Positions 1-8,575 of a stretch of DNA of 64,000 bases are shown one piece after another (positions within the stretch are counted from its first letter, which is position 1; every line of letters starts with the position of its first letter). The notes under the pieces are model-generated. The model had not been told where the DNA came from. It saw only the letters and a program-made list of their open reading frames with translations, and made no database searches. Source of the stretch: Bacteroidales bacterium (lineage in GTDB: Bacteria > Bacteroidota > Bacteroidia > Bacteroidales > WCHB1-69); contig JAFZXM010000013.1 of NCBI GenBank assembly GCA_017616775.1, positions 9,124 through 73,123 on the forward strand. Direction: 5' to 3'. Both the position numbers and the translations under genes were made by a program.

Positions 1-1629
1 CAAATACGGTGATTTGAGCCACGCTTGATTCAGTGTCCATAAGTTCAATGTTCAATATTCCTGACACCGGATTAGGATGTATTTTCAGCCCGTGCAAGGA
101 GTTTAATTCGGAAATGGAAGTGACGGAAGAATCCCGTTGTGGCATCCTGTTATATCCGTATAGGGGAGGCGTATTGTCCAAAACCTGACTTTGTTGTTCT
201 GCTCTGCCGGAACAAGATGGGCATGGAACAATATGTGCATAAAAATCACTTCCTTCTTCTGCCAAAAAGCCATTTTGCAGTACAATTTCTTCATGCGCAA
301 CATATTCCGCTGTAGCACCATTAGGAATAGTACGCCAAGAAGCAGGGAAATTCAGTGTGTCAGGTACACTGACAAGTCTTGTGAACGTTTTTGGTACATT
401 TTGATAAGGTAGAGGCGTGGTATTGCCCGAAATGTTATAATATCCATAGTAATGTACCCACAAAGGCAGTTCAAAATCGCAATAATCTTGGGTGCTACTG
501 GGATAAAGATTAACAATTGCTCTTTCCAATTTTGTCCAATCATCACTACCTGAATTAATGCTATCAATAGAGACCCATGAACCATTTCCTCCCCAACCCC
601 AATTAAAATGGAAAAGGTCTGTTTCAGAATTATAACCATCACAAACAAAGGCATGTCCTTCTAAATGTACTACTTCATCCATTGCCGCATAAAAAACTGG
701 TCTTCCTGCGATAATATTTGACTTGATAGTATCTTTCCATGTTTGTAAATGCCATATTCTTCTAATCAAATTCGCATTTGAATGATAATCAAAAGTATCA
801 ACAAAGGCATTTCTAGCTTTTGTCGGCCACGCGAATGATTCACAATCGCTGTTTATACAATACCATATATCGACAGCGAGTCCACAATCAGTAATAAGTC
901 GTGCAATAGAATTGCGTTCTAGCTCATAATTAGAGTTCGTATCATTTTGGTAAAGGAGTTTATCTGGCATATTACACCAATCATATTGTTCCACTTTATT
1001 AGGCATATAGACAGGATAGTTCCAGTATTTCATAATTTGGGCCATAGCAACAGCTACGCATCCTGCTGAACAATTGTTCAAACTATCACAAATTCTTGGC
1101 ACATAATAGTTATATGCATTTCGCTGCATATCGTTGGAATAGTTTTGTTTCCAAAGCGAAGTTATGAGTGGGCCATAGATGCTTCTATTTCTTGAATGTG
1201 TTAATGTGTCGTATAATAAAACATTCCATTCATCCAATATGGTATTCATTTTAAGGCTTACACTTTTTTCAACGCAAGAGGCAAATTTTTCGACAAAAAA
1301 TGACAGACCGTTTATTTTATTACTTTGAAGAAATGCAATATTATCCCCGTTAATATTATATCCTAAAACAGGTTTTACACTTTTTACTCCTGAAATCAAA
1401 GCTGAACATCCATTTTTAAAGCATACTTCATAAAGTATGACATGTCCGTTTTTTTCAAATCACTGACATAGGACACATCTTCTATCTGAAATGTTTTGTC
1501 TTCAAAATGATGTTGCATGTATTTTGTTGCCACAGCAATGGCTTCTGATTTTGTTACAAAAACTTGGGTATATCCGCAGAAGAAACAAAATAATAAAATT
1601 ATAATTAGAATCTTATTTTTCATAAACAT
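1..1629 (-). pseudogene. C10 family (streptopain/SpeB-like) cysteine peptidase with T9SS CTD; 1-nt frameshift near 1449-1459; 3' end runs off the window start
   Basis: Hand translation of an unlisted minus frame open from ~1459 to 1 gives AGCVAVAMAQIMKYWNYP (Cys codon 1060-1058), GHAFVCDGY (His codon 655-653), FHFNWGWGG and a CTD start LKIHPNPVSGILNIEL. The signal peptide and pro-domain start are in the adjacent frame (ORF 1396..1629). Confidence 0.85.
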
Positions 1630-1635
1630 TCATTT

Positions 1636-2226
1636 TTAATACAACACCACACCAAATTCAGAAGAAGAAATCTTCTTCAGTGAAACATCTGACTTATCTT
1701 CAAAATAAATATCTTCCTCATTTTGTACAAAAACACATGGCATCATAAAATAAGGAGACCAATATCCCCATTGTTTAGGTATGATATTTGATGGGTCAAT
1801 ACCTGTAATCTCCATCATATCTACTCCAAAATAAAAACCTTTCACATAAATTTTTTTTCCTTTGTTGTTGTTTATTTTTGTATCTATAGATTGTTTAATA
1901 CTATCCGCAATCGAAAGCAACACAAATGGTACATTATCAGCAGAGACCGCATTTTCGGTTATTTTATAAAAACCTTTCTCTATATTGAATGTGTCCGTAA
2001 CAAAACCAAACATCATAAGGGTATCAACATAACATATGGGGCTACTGCATTTACTCCACATTCCTAAATAGTAAAAAACTGTTGTTACTGTGTTGTAATT
2101 TATTGTTGATAGTTGTGGCAGGTTCATACTCTTCACCCCCTTAACATAACTTTCACAATCTCTGTTTTTGAAACATGATTGAAGTAAAAATAGTAATATG
2201 GTAAAATATAAAATTGATTTTTTCAT
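1636..2226 (-). CDS. hypothetical lipoprotein
   Basis: 196-aa ORF with lipobox (LFLLQSC); ends 6 nt before the peptidase start. Confidence 0.75.
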   Translation of the reverse strand: MKKSILYFTILLFLLQSCFKNRDCESYVKGVKSMNLPQLSTINYNTVTTVFYYLGMWSKCSSPICYVDTLMMFGFVTDTFNIEKGFYKITENAVSADNVPFVLLSIADSIKQSIDTKINNNKGKKIYVKGFYFGVDMMEITGIDPSNIIPKQWGYWSPYFMMPCVFVQNEEDIYFEDKSDVSLKKISSSEFGVVLY

Positions 2227-2238
2227 ATCTTCCCCTTT

Positions 2239-2769
2239 CTATTTCTTTAACCGCCAAATAACATCACCTGCCTTAAATTCGGTAATTCCTCTTCCTTTGA
2301 CAACAACGATTTCGTCATTCCCATTTGCTAAGGTCACCGTATCTCCCAATATTTCTGAAAAATGTCCAGAAAAGGGATCTCCTTTTCGTTCTTCTGATAA
2401 GTCAAACCATGTGTCTGTTTCCAATTTGCAACGACATCTCATCATGAAAGCATCCCTATGTGTATTCATAGTCCCTTCAAAATAAAAACTATCTGTTATA
2501 TTATTTACATTGAGAAACATTTGGGAATCATATCCGTCCCCACATTTACAAGTATAAGGCAAATAATGTGTTTCTGTAGCCTCTACTCTTGTAACACGTG
2601 TCACCATTGTTTGGTTACTTTCGTTTACAAATGTTAATTCCTGATTTTCCACATAGGGGAAATAGGCTCTCAGTTCATACGGAAACGCATGGAATTCCCT
2701 TTTGCATGAAAGGAAAAATAGGCAAACGAAAACTACGAAAATCGCTAAAACAATTGTATTTTTTTTCAT
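2239..2769 (-). CDS. hypothetical lipoprotein
   Basis: 176-aa ORF with lipobox (LFFLSC); 12-nt gap to the next gene. Confidence 0.75.
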   Translation of the reverse strand: MKKNTIVLAIFVVFVCLFFLSCKREFHAFPYELRAYFPYVENQELTFVNESNQTMVTRVTRVEATETHYLPYTCKCGDGYDSQMFLNVNNITDSFYFEGTMNTHRDAFMMRCRCKLETDTWFDLSEERKGDPFSGHFSEILGDTVTLANGNDEIVVVKGRGITEFKAGDVIWRLKK

Positions 2770-2770
2770 A

Positions 2771-2890
2771 TTAATAGTCCTTTCCGTTTTTCAGTTCATC
2801 AATTTGTTTTTGCAAATCAATTATGTATTTGGTAAGTTCCTCCACTTTCTGCAGTAATAGGGTGTTCATTTCTCCCAATGTCTACTCCTT
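2771..2890 (-). pseudogene. gene remnant: C-terminal coiled-coil of a Bacteroidetes tail-fibre/S74 chaperone-like protein
   Basis: Minus strand reads GVD, one extra nt, then LGEMNTLLLQKVEELTKYIIDLQKQIDELKNGKDY* (2878-2771). This resembles the LGEMNxxLLQKIEELTLYxI terminal motif. Confidence 0.6.
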
Positions 2891-3149
2891 TCTTGTATTT
2901 AATGCCAAGAACTTACTATAAAGGTCTCTTGACTTAACCATTTTTTACGCTGCAAATATAAACAAATTTTCAATACGTTATGTCATTTTTTTGTTTTTTT
3001 CAAAAAAAAATATTCCGCTTTCTTCCGCCCTTCCGGACGGAAACCTTGCCTGACAGCCACTGAAAAAAAATATTTGCGGCATTTTTTTGTTTTTCTGCGA
3101 CAGGGGTTGCGGATTAAAAGAAAAGTATTACTTTTGCAAAAAAAAGCAA

Positions 3150-3935
3150 ATGAAAAAATTCGTTGTCAGAATTCTTCTGCCCTTGCTGCTGATTGCCATA
3201 TCGGGATATGTTTGGTTTTATTTCGGCGGCAGGACAAGCAATCCCCGCAACTGCCAAACCATAGGAGACATTCCTGTTCCTTTCGGATACAGGCGTGTGG
3301 CCTGCGACAATGCCGCCTTCGGAACGTTTCTGCGATCCCTGCCCTTGGAAAAGAAGGGTGCCAAAGTGATGCTTTATACAGGCGATACTGCCAACTACCA
3401 GTTCCTGAGCTATGCGGTTGTGGACCTGCCGATACTTTCCAATGCGGAACAATGTGCCGATGCCTGTATGCGGCTTCGGGCGGAATATCTCTTCCGGCAG
3501 GGAAAATACGGGGAAATCCGTTTCAACGATGTCAACGGAAAGACTTTAACCTATACGGGAGGGTCCTCAAGAAAGGCGTTTGAAAAATATCTGAAACAGG
3601 TTTATGATGTTGCCAACACGTTTTCGCTCAGCAGGGAACTCCGGCAACGCCCGCTTGCGGAGGTGCAGGCCGGAGATGTTTTTGTTTATGCCGCTGCCGA
3701 CCGTCCGGGCAACCGGTACGGACATGCCGTGATGGTGGTGGATGTAGCCCGGCACCCCCGCTCCGGCAAAAAAGTTTTGCTGCTGGCGGAAGGCAATACA
3801 CCGGCACGCAGCATCCATGTGATGCAAAATTCGGGACACCCATTCCTGTCCCCATGGTTTGAACTGGACGAAAAAGCCGGCAAACTGCGATTTTCCGTGT
3901 TCCGCTTCTTGCCGGACGAACTGCGTCATTTTTAG
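3150..3935 (+). CDS. DUF4846 domain-containing protein
   Basis: Motifs EQCADACMRLRAEYL and GHAVMVVDVA..LLAEGNTPA; N-terminal hydrophobic anchor. ATG 3150 follows TACTTTTG at 3129-3136. Confidence 0.8.
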   Translation: MKKFVVRILLPLLLIAISGYVWFYFGGRTSNPRNCQTIGDIPVPFGYRRVACDNAAFGTFLRSLPLEKKGAKVMLYTGDTANYQFLSYAVVDLPILSNAEQCADACMRLRAEYLFRQGKYGEIRFNDVNGKTLTYTGGSSRKAFEKYLKQVYDVANTFSLSRELRQRPLAEVQAGDVFVYAAADRPGNRYGHAVMVVDVARHPRSGKKVLLLAEGNTPARSIHVMQNSGHPFLSPWFELDEKAGKLRFSVFRFLPDELRHF

Positions 3936-4056
3936 CAAAACCGGATGATAAAAAGGCAGCCCTTTCCGGCATGCCTGACACCAATTTTGCTTTCTTAAGA
4001 CAGCTGCTGACTCATGTTTTCCGCATCCGTTCTTTCAAGCACAAAACAAGGATGGT

Positions 4057-4941
4057 TTATTGCGTATCTTTCACCAGGCGGACAGCGTTACAGCTGAAAC
4101 GGGCACAGAAATTCGAGGTACCTAAATAACTCAAGTTGAAAAACAGAAGGTGGGAATATAGACAGCTGTAACAAGATGCCGACCAATAAGAACCTCTGTT
4201 TCCCACACTGTTCACCGATGTTCCGTTCCTTTCGCCTGCAGCAGGCAGAAACACACAACCTGCAGAATCCAGCTTCATCCATTCGTCAGATGTGATGATG
4301 TTGGAGGCATAAACAGCGGTATAGATGTTAGTATTAAATAATAGAAAAGCTGAGGTGTTCCAATTGTCAGGAACAATCAATAAGCCGGGAACCCCGTTCA
4401 CTGTGGACTTGGCAAAACGCACACCGGAAGGAGTATCACGGGTTTCCAACAAATAAATCCATTCTTCTTTGGTAAGAGTACGCCATGTGCCGGGAGCGTC
4501 AGTGGTTTGGGTTCGGGGATTGACGATGGCATTATAAACACCCCAGTCATAACAGGTAGCGGCAATATTGGTTTCATTATCACCATAATCTGCAGAAGAT
4601 AGGCTTGTCATATAAGGATATTTTTGTTTATATCCGCTGGTGCCCCAGCCAAACAGGTCTATCCAACCGGTATAATTAGCGTTGACATTTCCGTTGTTTA
4701 TGCCGACAGTGTCCCATTGGCGGGGAGCAAACCTCCATGTACCTGCAATGATATTCCCGTCTGCCGTCATATGGCTGCCTTTGGCAGTCCATTGCAAATT
4801 TCCCGGGGAAAAATATACTTTCTGCGTTTTTGAAACAGAAAAAACAAACTCGCCGGAAGATGTTTCCGTCTGGCCTTCGGCAACACTGACAAACAGGAAG
4901 CATACTATTGACAATAATTTTGTTAACGACACGTTTTTCAT
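4057..4941 (-). CDS. secreted DUF1566/FISUMP-like (C-type-lectin-fold-like) protein
   Basis: Signal peptide; motifs VYFSPGNLQW, DLFGWGTSG, WRTLTKEEW, FLPAAG.R, G.YWS, AVRLVKD. Confidence 0.7.
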   Translation of the reverse strand: MKNVSLTKLLSIVCFLFVSVAEGQTETSSGEFVFSVSKTQKVYFSPGNLQWTAKGSHMTADGNIIAGTWRFAPRQWDTVGINNGNVNANYTGWIDLFGWGTSGYKQKYPYMTSLSSADYGDNETNIAATCYDWGVYNAIVNPRTQTTDAPGTWRTLTKEEWIYLLETRDTPSGVRFAKSTVNGVPGLLIVPDNWNTSAFLLFNTNIYTAVYASNIITSDEWMKLDSAGCVFLPAAGERNGTSVNSVGNRGSYWSASCYSCLYSHLLFFNLSYLGTSNFCARFSCNAVRLVKDTQ

Positions 4942-5011
4942 AACCTTGGTTTTTAATCTGCAAAGTTAAACAAAAATTTAATACGGAAACCTCATTTTTT
5001 TTGTTTTTTGC

Positions 5012-5120
5012 TTTGACAAGAAAAATTTTTGTCCGGCAAACGTGCGTTTTACACATTAAAGGATTTTTTGATAAAAATTTTTAATTTTTTTTAATGGTAT
5101 TGAAAAAAATATTATCTTTG
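5012..5120 (+). repeat. duplicated promoter segment, copy A
   Basis: TTTGACAAGAAAAATTTTTGTCCGGCAAACG, then TTTGATAAAAATTTTTAAT, then TATCTTTG; the same blocks occur in the same order at 6821-6919. Confidence 0.6.
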
Positions 5121-5145
5121 CGGAAAATATTAAATACTAATTGAA

Positions 5146-5901
5146 ATGAAAAAGTTTTTGTTCCCCGTTATGGCTGTGGTTCTGATTTTTACAAGTTGCC
5201 AAAAAGAATTTGCCATAGCTGTGCAATCTAACGATACAAGTTTGGGCGTAACCGCCGGAAGCGGAACCTATCTTAAAGGCACGGAGATAGAAATATCAGC
5301 GATACCCAAAAGCGGGTGTGAGTTTATTAAGTGGGAAGACGGAGATACGAACAATCCGCGTTTGGTTACTGTCAATGAAAATGAAACCTATACCGCTGTT
5401 TTTGAAAAAGAGAGATTTTTCTCCTTAATTCTTGACGGAGAAGCAAGAAATTGCTGCAGAGTGGAAATAGATAAAAGTGATTTGAATAAAGGTACTTATC
5501 ATATTCGCTTTTTTTTGACGGACGACAAACGGGAATATATAGAAATCTTAGGAAACAAGAATTATCATGATGGACAAGTTATAGACATTAGCAAGCAGGA
5601 AGAAAAACGGCACGGAACTTATACCCCCGAAGGGTATTGGTATTATTGGTCAGTGCTATATTATTTAGGGCGTTATGCGATATTTGGAGCTTCAGGACAT
5701 CCGGACGCAGCATCTGTTTCAGAATGTAGCGGTATACTCTACATAAAACGTCTTGCCGACAAATTTGGCAAACCTGTTTTTGAAATCAGAGTGGAAAATG
5801 GAAATATTAAAAGTTGGGATGATTTAGGAGACAATATGAGACATACAATAGATTTGCAGTTTAAAGGAGAAATGCAATTAACGGAATTTATGGATGATTA
5901 A
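5146..5901 (+). CDS. lipoprotein with N-terminal InlB-B/Flg_new-like repeat domain (paralog 1)
   Basis: Lipobox LIFTSC; motif GSGTY..GTEIEISAIP.SG.EF.KWEDG...NPR.V.V......TAVF. Confidence 0.8.
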   Translation: MKKFLFPVMAVVLIFTSCQKEFAIAVQSNDTSLGVTAGSGTYLKGTEIEISAIPKSGCEFIKWEDGDTNNPRLVTVNENETYTAVFEKERFFSLILDGEARNCCRVEIDKSDLNKGTYHIRFFLTDDKREYIEILGNKNYHDGQVIDISKQEEKRHGTYTPEGYWYYWSVLYYLGRYAIFGASGHPDAASVSECSGILYIKRLADKFGKPVFEIRVENGNIKSWDDLGDNMRHTIDLQFKGEMQLTEFMDD

Positions 5902-5913
5902 AATTTAAATATT

Positions 5914-6633
5914 ATGAAAAGGTTATTTTTTTCAATAGTGGCAATAGCCCTGATTTTTACAGGTTGCCAAAAAGAGTTTGTCATAACGGTGAAATCAAAT
6001 GATACAAGTTTGGGCAAAACAGGCGGAAGCGGAACCTATCTTAAAGGCACGGAGATAGAAATATCGGCAATACCCAAAAGCGGGTGTGAGTTTATTAAGT
6101 GGGAAGACGGGAATACGGAGAATCCCCGTTTGATTGCCGTGGGTGAAAATAAAACCTATATCGCTGTTTTTGAAAAAGAGAAATGTTTTTCCCTGATTGT
6201 TGACGGAGTAGAAAGAGAAATCACAAGAGGGATAATATCCGAATATGATATAAAAAATGATGATTATTATATTTGGCTTTGTTTGAAGAGCGACAAACCG
6301 GAATTCATAGATATCACGGGTCGCAGAAGATTTCACGACGGGCAACTTATAGACCTTAGCCAAAAAGAATACGAACACAAAGGATTGTATTGGTCTATAG
6401 GTTATAATGTCAATTATCGTCCGATATTCCGTGCAGACGGATACCCGTATGAAGAATCTGTATCCAGCGGAACACTCTATATGAAATATCTTGCCGACAG
6501 CGTTGGTCAACCTTTTTTTGAAATCAGGGCGGAAAATTGTATAATAGAAAGCAAAGATGAGCAAGGTAATAAGGTGAACCATACAATAGAATTGAATTAT
6601 AAAGGAGTATTGCAATGGGTAGACAGGATATAG
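5914..6633 (+). CDS. lipoprotein with N-terminal InlB-B/Flg_new-like repeat domain (paralog 2)
   Basis: Lipobox LIFTGC; first ~95 aa closely match 5146..5901. Confidence 0.8.
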   Translation: MKRLFFSIVAIALIFTGCQKEFVITVKSNDTSLGKTGGSGTYLKGTEIEISAIPKSGCEFIKWEDGNTENPRLIAVGENKTYIAVFEKEKCFSLIVDGVEREITRGIISEYDIKNDDYYIWLCLKSDKPEFIDITGRRRFHDGQLIDLSQKEYEHKGLYWSIGYNVNYRPIFRADGYPYEESVSSGTLYMKYLADSVGQPFFEIRAENCIIESKDEQGNKVNHTIELNYKGVLQWVDRI

Positions 6634-6820
6634 TGCCGTTATTATAAAAAGAAAAAAGTGAAAAATAAAAATATTGCTTCGGGTATATTTTTCACAGGTA
6701 CCGGCTTTTGGCATCATTACCGTCCACTTTCCTGCCCGTTTGTGTAAACAACGGTCGGATATATTCAAATTGCGTAAGGCGCAGCGTTAATGCCCGTTTG
6801 AAGAAACGTCTTTTTTCTAT

Positions 6821-6919
6821 TTTGACAAAAAAAATATTGTCCGGCAAGCGGAATGTTTTTGCGGAGCAACAGAAATTTTGATAAAATTTTTAATGCCACA
6901 AAAAAAAATGATATTTTTG
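6821..6919 (+). repeat. duplicated promoter segment, copy B (upstream of tsaC)
   Basis: TTTGACAAAAAAAATATTGTCCGGCAAGCG, then TTTGATAAAATTTTTAAT, then TATTTTTG. Confidence 0.6.
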
Positions 6920-6995
6920 CAAAATAAAAATGCCGGAAAAGGTCAAGAGGGCGGAATTAGTGTAAACGAGTATTTCAAAAAAAAATTAGCGTATT

Positions 6996-7574
6996 GTGTC
7001 AAACGTGAATATTAGCGAAGAGATTATCAGAACGAACGAATATCTCAAAAAAGGGCAGATAATATTATATCCTACCGATACGGTGTGGGGCATAGGATGT
7101 GATGCCACCAATACATCGGCTATCAATCGTATATTTGATATCAAAAAGCGTTCCGTGAACAAAAGTTTTCTTATTCTTTTGGACGAGCCGGAAAAATTGT
7201 CCTTGTATGTAGAGCATATTCCGTTAATAGCATGGGATTTGATAGAGCAGGCAAATCGTCCCACTACCTTTATCTATTCGGGAGTAAAAAATCTTCCTTC
7301 TTCGCTTATGGCATCCGACGGAACCATAGCAATACGTATAGTCCGCAATGAATTTTGCAAAAAATTGATCAGCTTGTTCGGCAAGCCCATAGTATCCACC
7401 TCTGCCAATTTATCCGGGGAGCCCACGCCTATGCGGTATCAGGATATAAGCGATAATCTCAAAAGCAGAATGGATTATATAGTAAATCCGCAAATAGGCA
7501 ATATAAGCGATGTGAAGCCTTCCACCATTATTCGTTTTATAGACGATTACAATTTCGAAATAGTCAGGGATTAA
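6996..7574 (+). CDS. tsaC: L-threonylcarbamoyladenylate synthase (Sua5/YrdC)
   Basis: YPTDTVWGIGCD, K.R, IAIR, STSANLSG, PSTI motifs. Confidence 0.93.
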   Translation: MSNVNISEEIIRTNEYLKKGQIILYPTDTVWGIGCDATNTSAINRIFDIKKRSVNKSFLILLDEPEKLSLYVEHIPLIAWDLIEQANRPTTFIYSGVKNLPSSLMASDGTIAIRIVRNEFCKKLISLFGKPIVSTSANLSGEPTPMRYQDISDNLKSRMDYIVNPQIGNISDVKPSTIIRFIDDYNFEIVRD

Positions 7575-7590
7575 TGTTTTTTTTCACATC

Positions 7591-8574
7591 ATGACAGAAG
7601 AAATTATCAGTATCAGTCCTCAGAGCATAGTGGATATATGCGGAGTAAACAATGAGAACATTGCATTGTTGGGACGATTGTTTCCGCATGTAAAATTAGT
7701 GGCAAGGGGCAATGATATTAAAATCATGGGTTCACAAGCACAAATAGCGGAAATTAAAAGTTTGTTGGGGATATTATTGCAGTGGTACGAAAAATACGGA
7801 ACACTTACCGAATCGGATATAATACGTTTGTTGGAAAAAGGCGATGAATTTATGGCGGTAGCCCAAGGGGAGCCTGCGGGAGGAGATATTATATTACGCG
7901 GCAAAGACGGACAAAATATCAGGGCACGCACCGTCAATCAGATAAAAATGGTGCAGAGCACGCAAAAAAACGATATGGTGTTTGCCATCGGTCCTGCGGG
8001 AACGGGTAAAACCTACACTGCTGTCGCATTGGCAGTAAGGGCATTGAGAAACAAAGAGATAAAAAGAATTATTTTAACCCGTCCTGCGGTGGAGGCGGGA
8101 GAAAATCTGGGCTTTTTGCCCGGAGATTTGCAGGATAAGCTGGACCCCTATCTGCAGCCCTTGTATGATGCATTGCGGGATATGATACCTCCGCAAAAAC
8201 TGCTTGCCTATGTGGAAGACAAAACCATAGAAATAGCACCTTTGGCATTTATGCGGGGCCGCACTCTGGATAATGCCTATGTAATTTTGGATGAAGCGCA
8301 AAACGCCACCTCCACCCAGTTGAAAATGTTTCTCACCCGCATGGGAAAAAATGCCAAATTTTTAATCACCGGCGATCTCACACAAATAGATTTGCCCAAG
8401 CATCAAATATCAGGATTGCCAATGTGCATAAAATTATTGCAGGGAATAAAAGGCATAGATATTGTTATGCTTGATAAAAGCGATGTGGTAAGACATCCGT
8501 TGGTGGCAGCCGTTATTCAGGCATATGAAAAACAGGAACAGCATAATAATATGACCGCAAATCACGTTGAATAA
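7591..8574 (+). CDS. phoH: PhoH family ATPase
   Basis: GPAGTGKT, RPAVEAGENLGFLPG, RGRTL, DEAQN, GD..Q.D, VRHPLV. Confidence 0.95.
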   Translation: MTEEIISISPQSIVDICGVNNENIALLGRLFPHVKLVARGNDIKIMGSQAQIAEIKSLLGILLQWYEKYGTLTESDIIRLLEKGDEFMAVAQGEPAGGDIILRGKDGQNIRARTVNQIKMVQSTQKNDMVFAIGPAGTGKTYTAVALAVRALRNKEIKRIILTRPAVEAGENLGFLPGDLQDKLDPYLQPLYDALRDMIPPQKLLAYVEDKTIEIAPLAFMRGRTLDNAYVILDEAQNATSTQLKMFLTRMGKNAKFLITGDLTQIDLPKHQISGLPMCIKLLQGIKGIDIVMLDKSDVVRHPLVAAVIQAYEKQEQHNNMTANHVE

Positions 8575-8575
8575 A

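Noticed and set aside
103-654. Short ORFs 103..321, 191..412 and 352..654
   Set aside because: They are alternative frames inside the C10 peptidase coding region.
5995-6768. 257-aa minus-strand ORF
   Set aside because: It is antisense to a clear lipoprotein gene and has no recognisable motifs. The same applies to the many other short antisense ORFs in the track.
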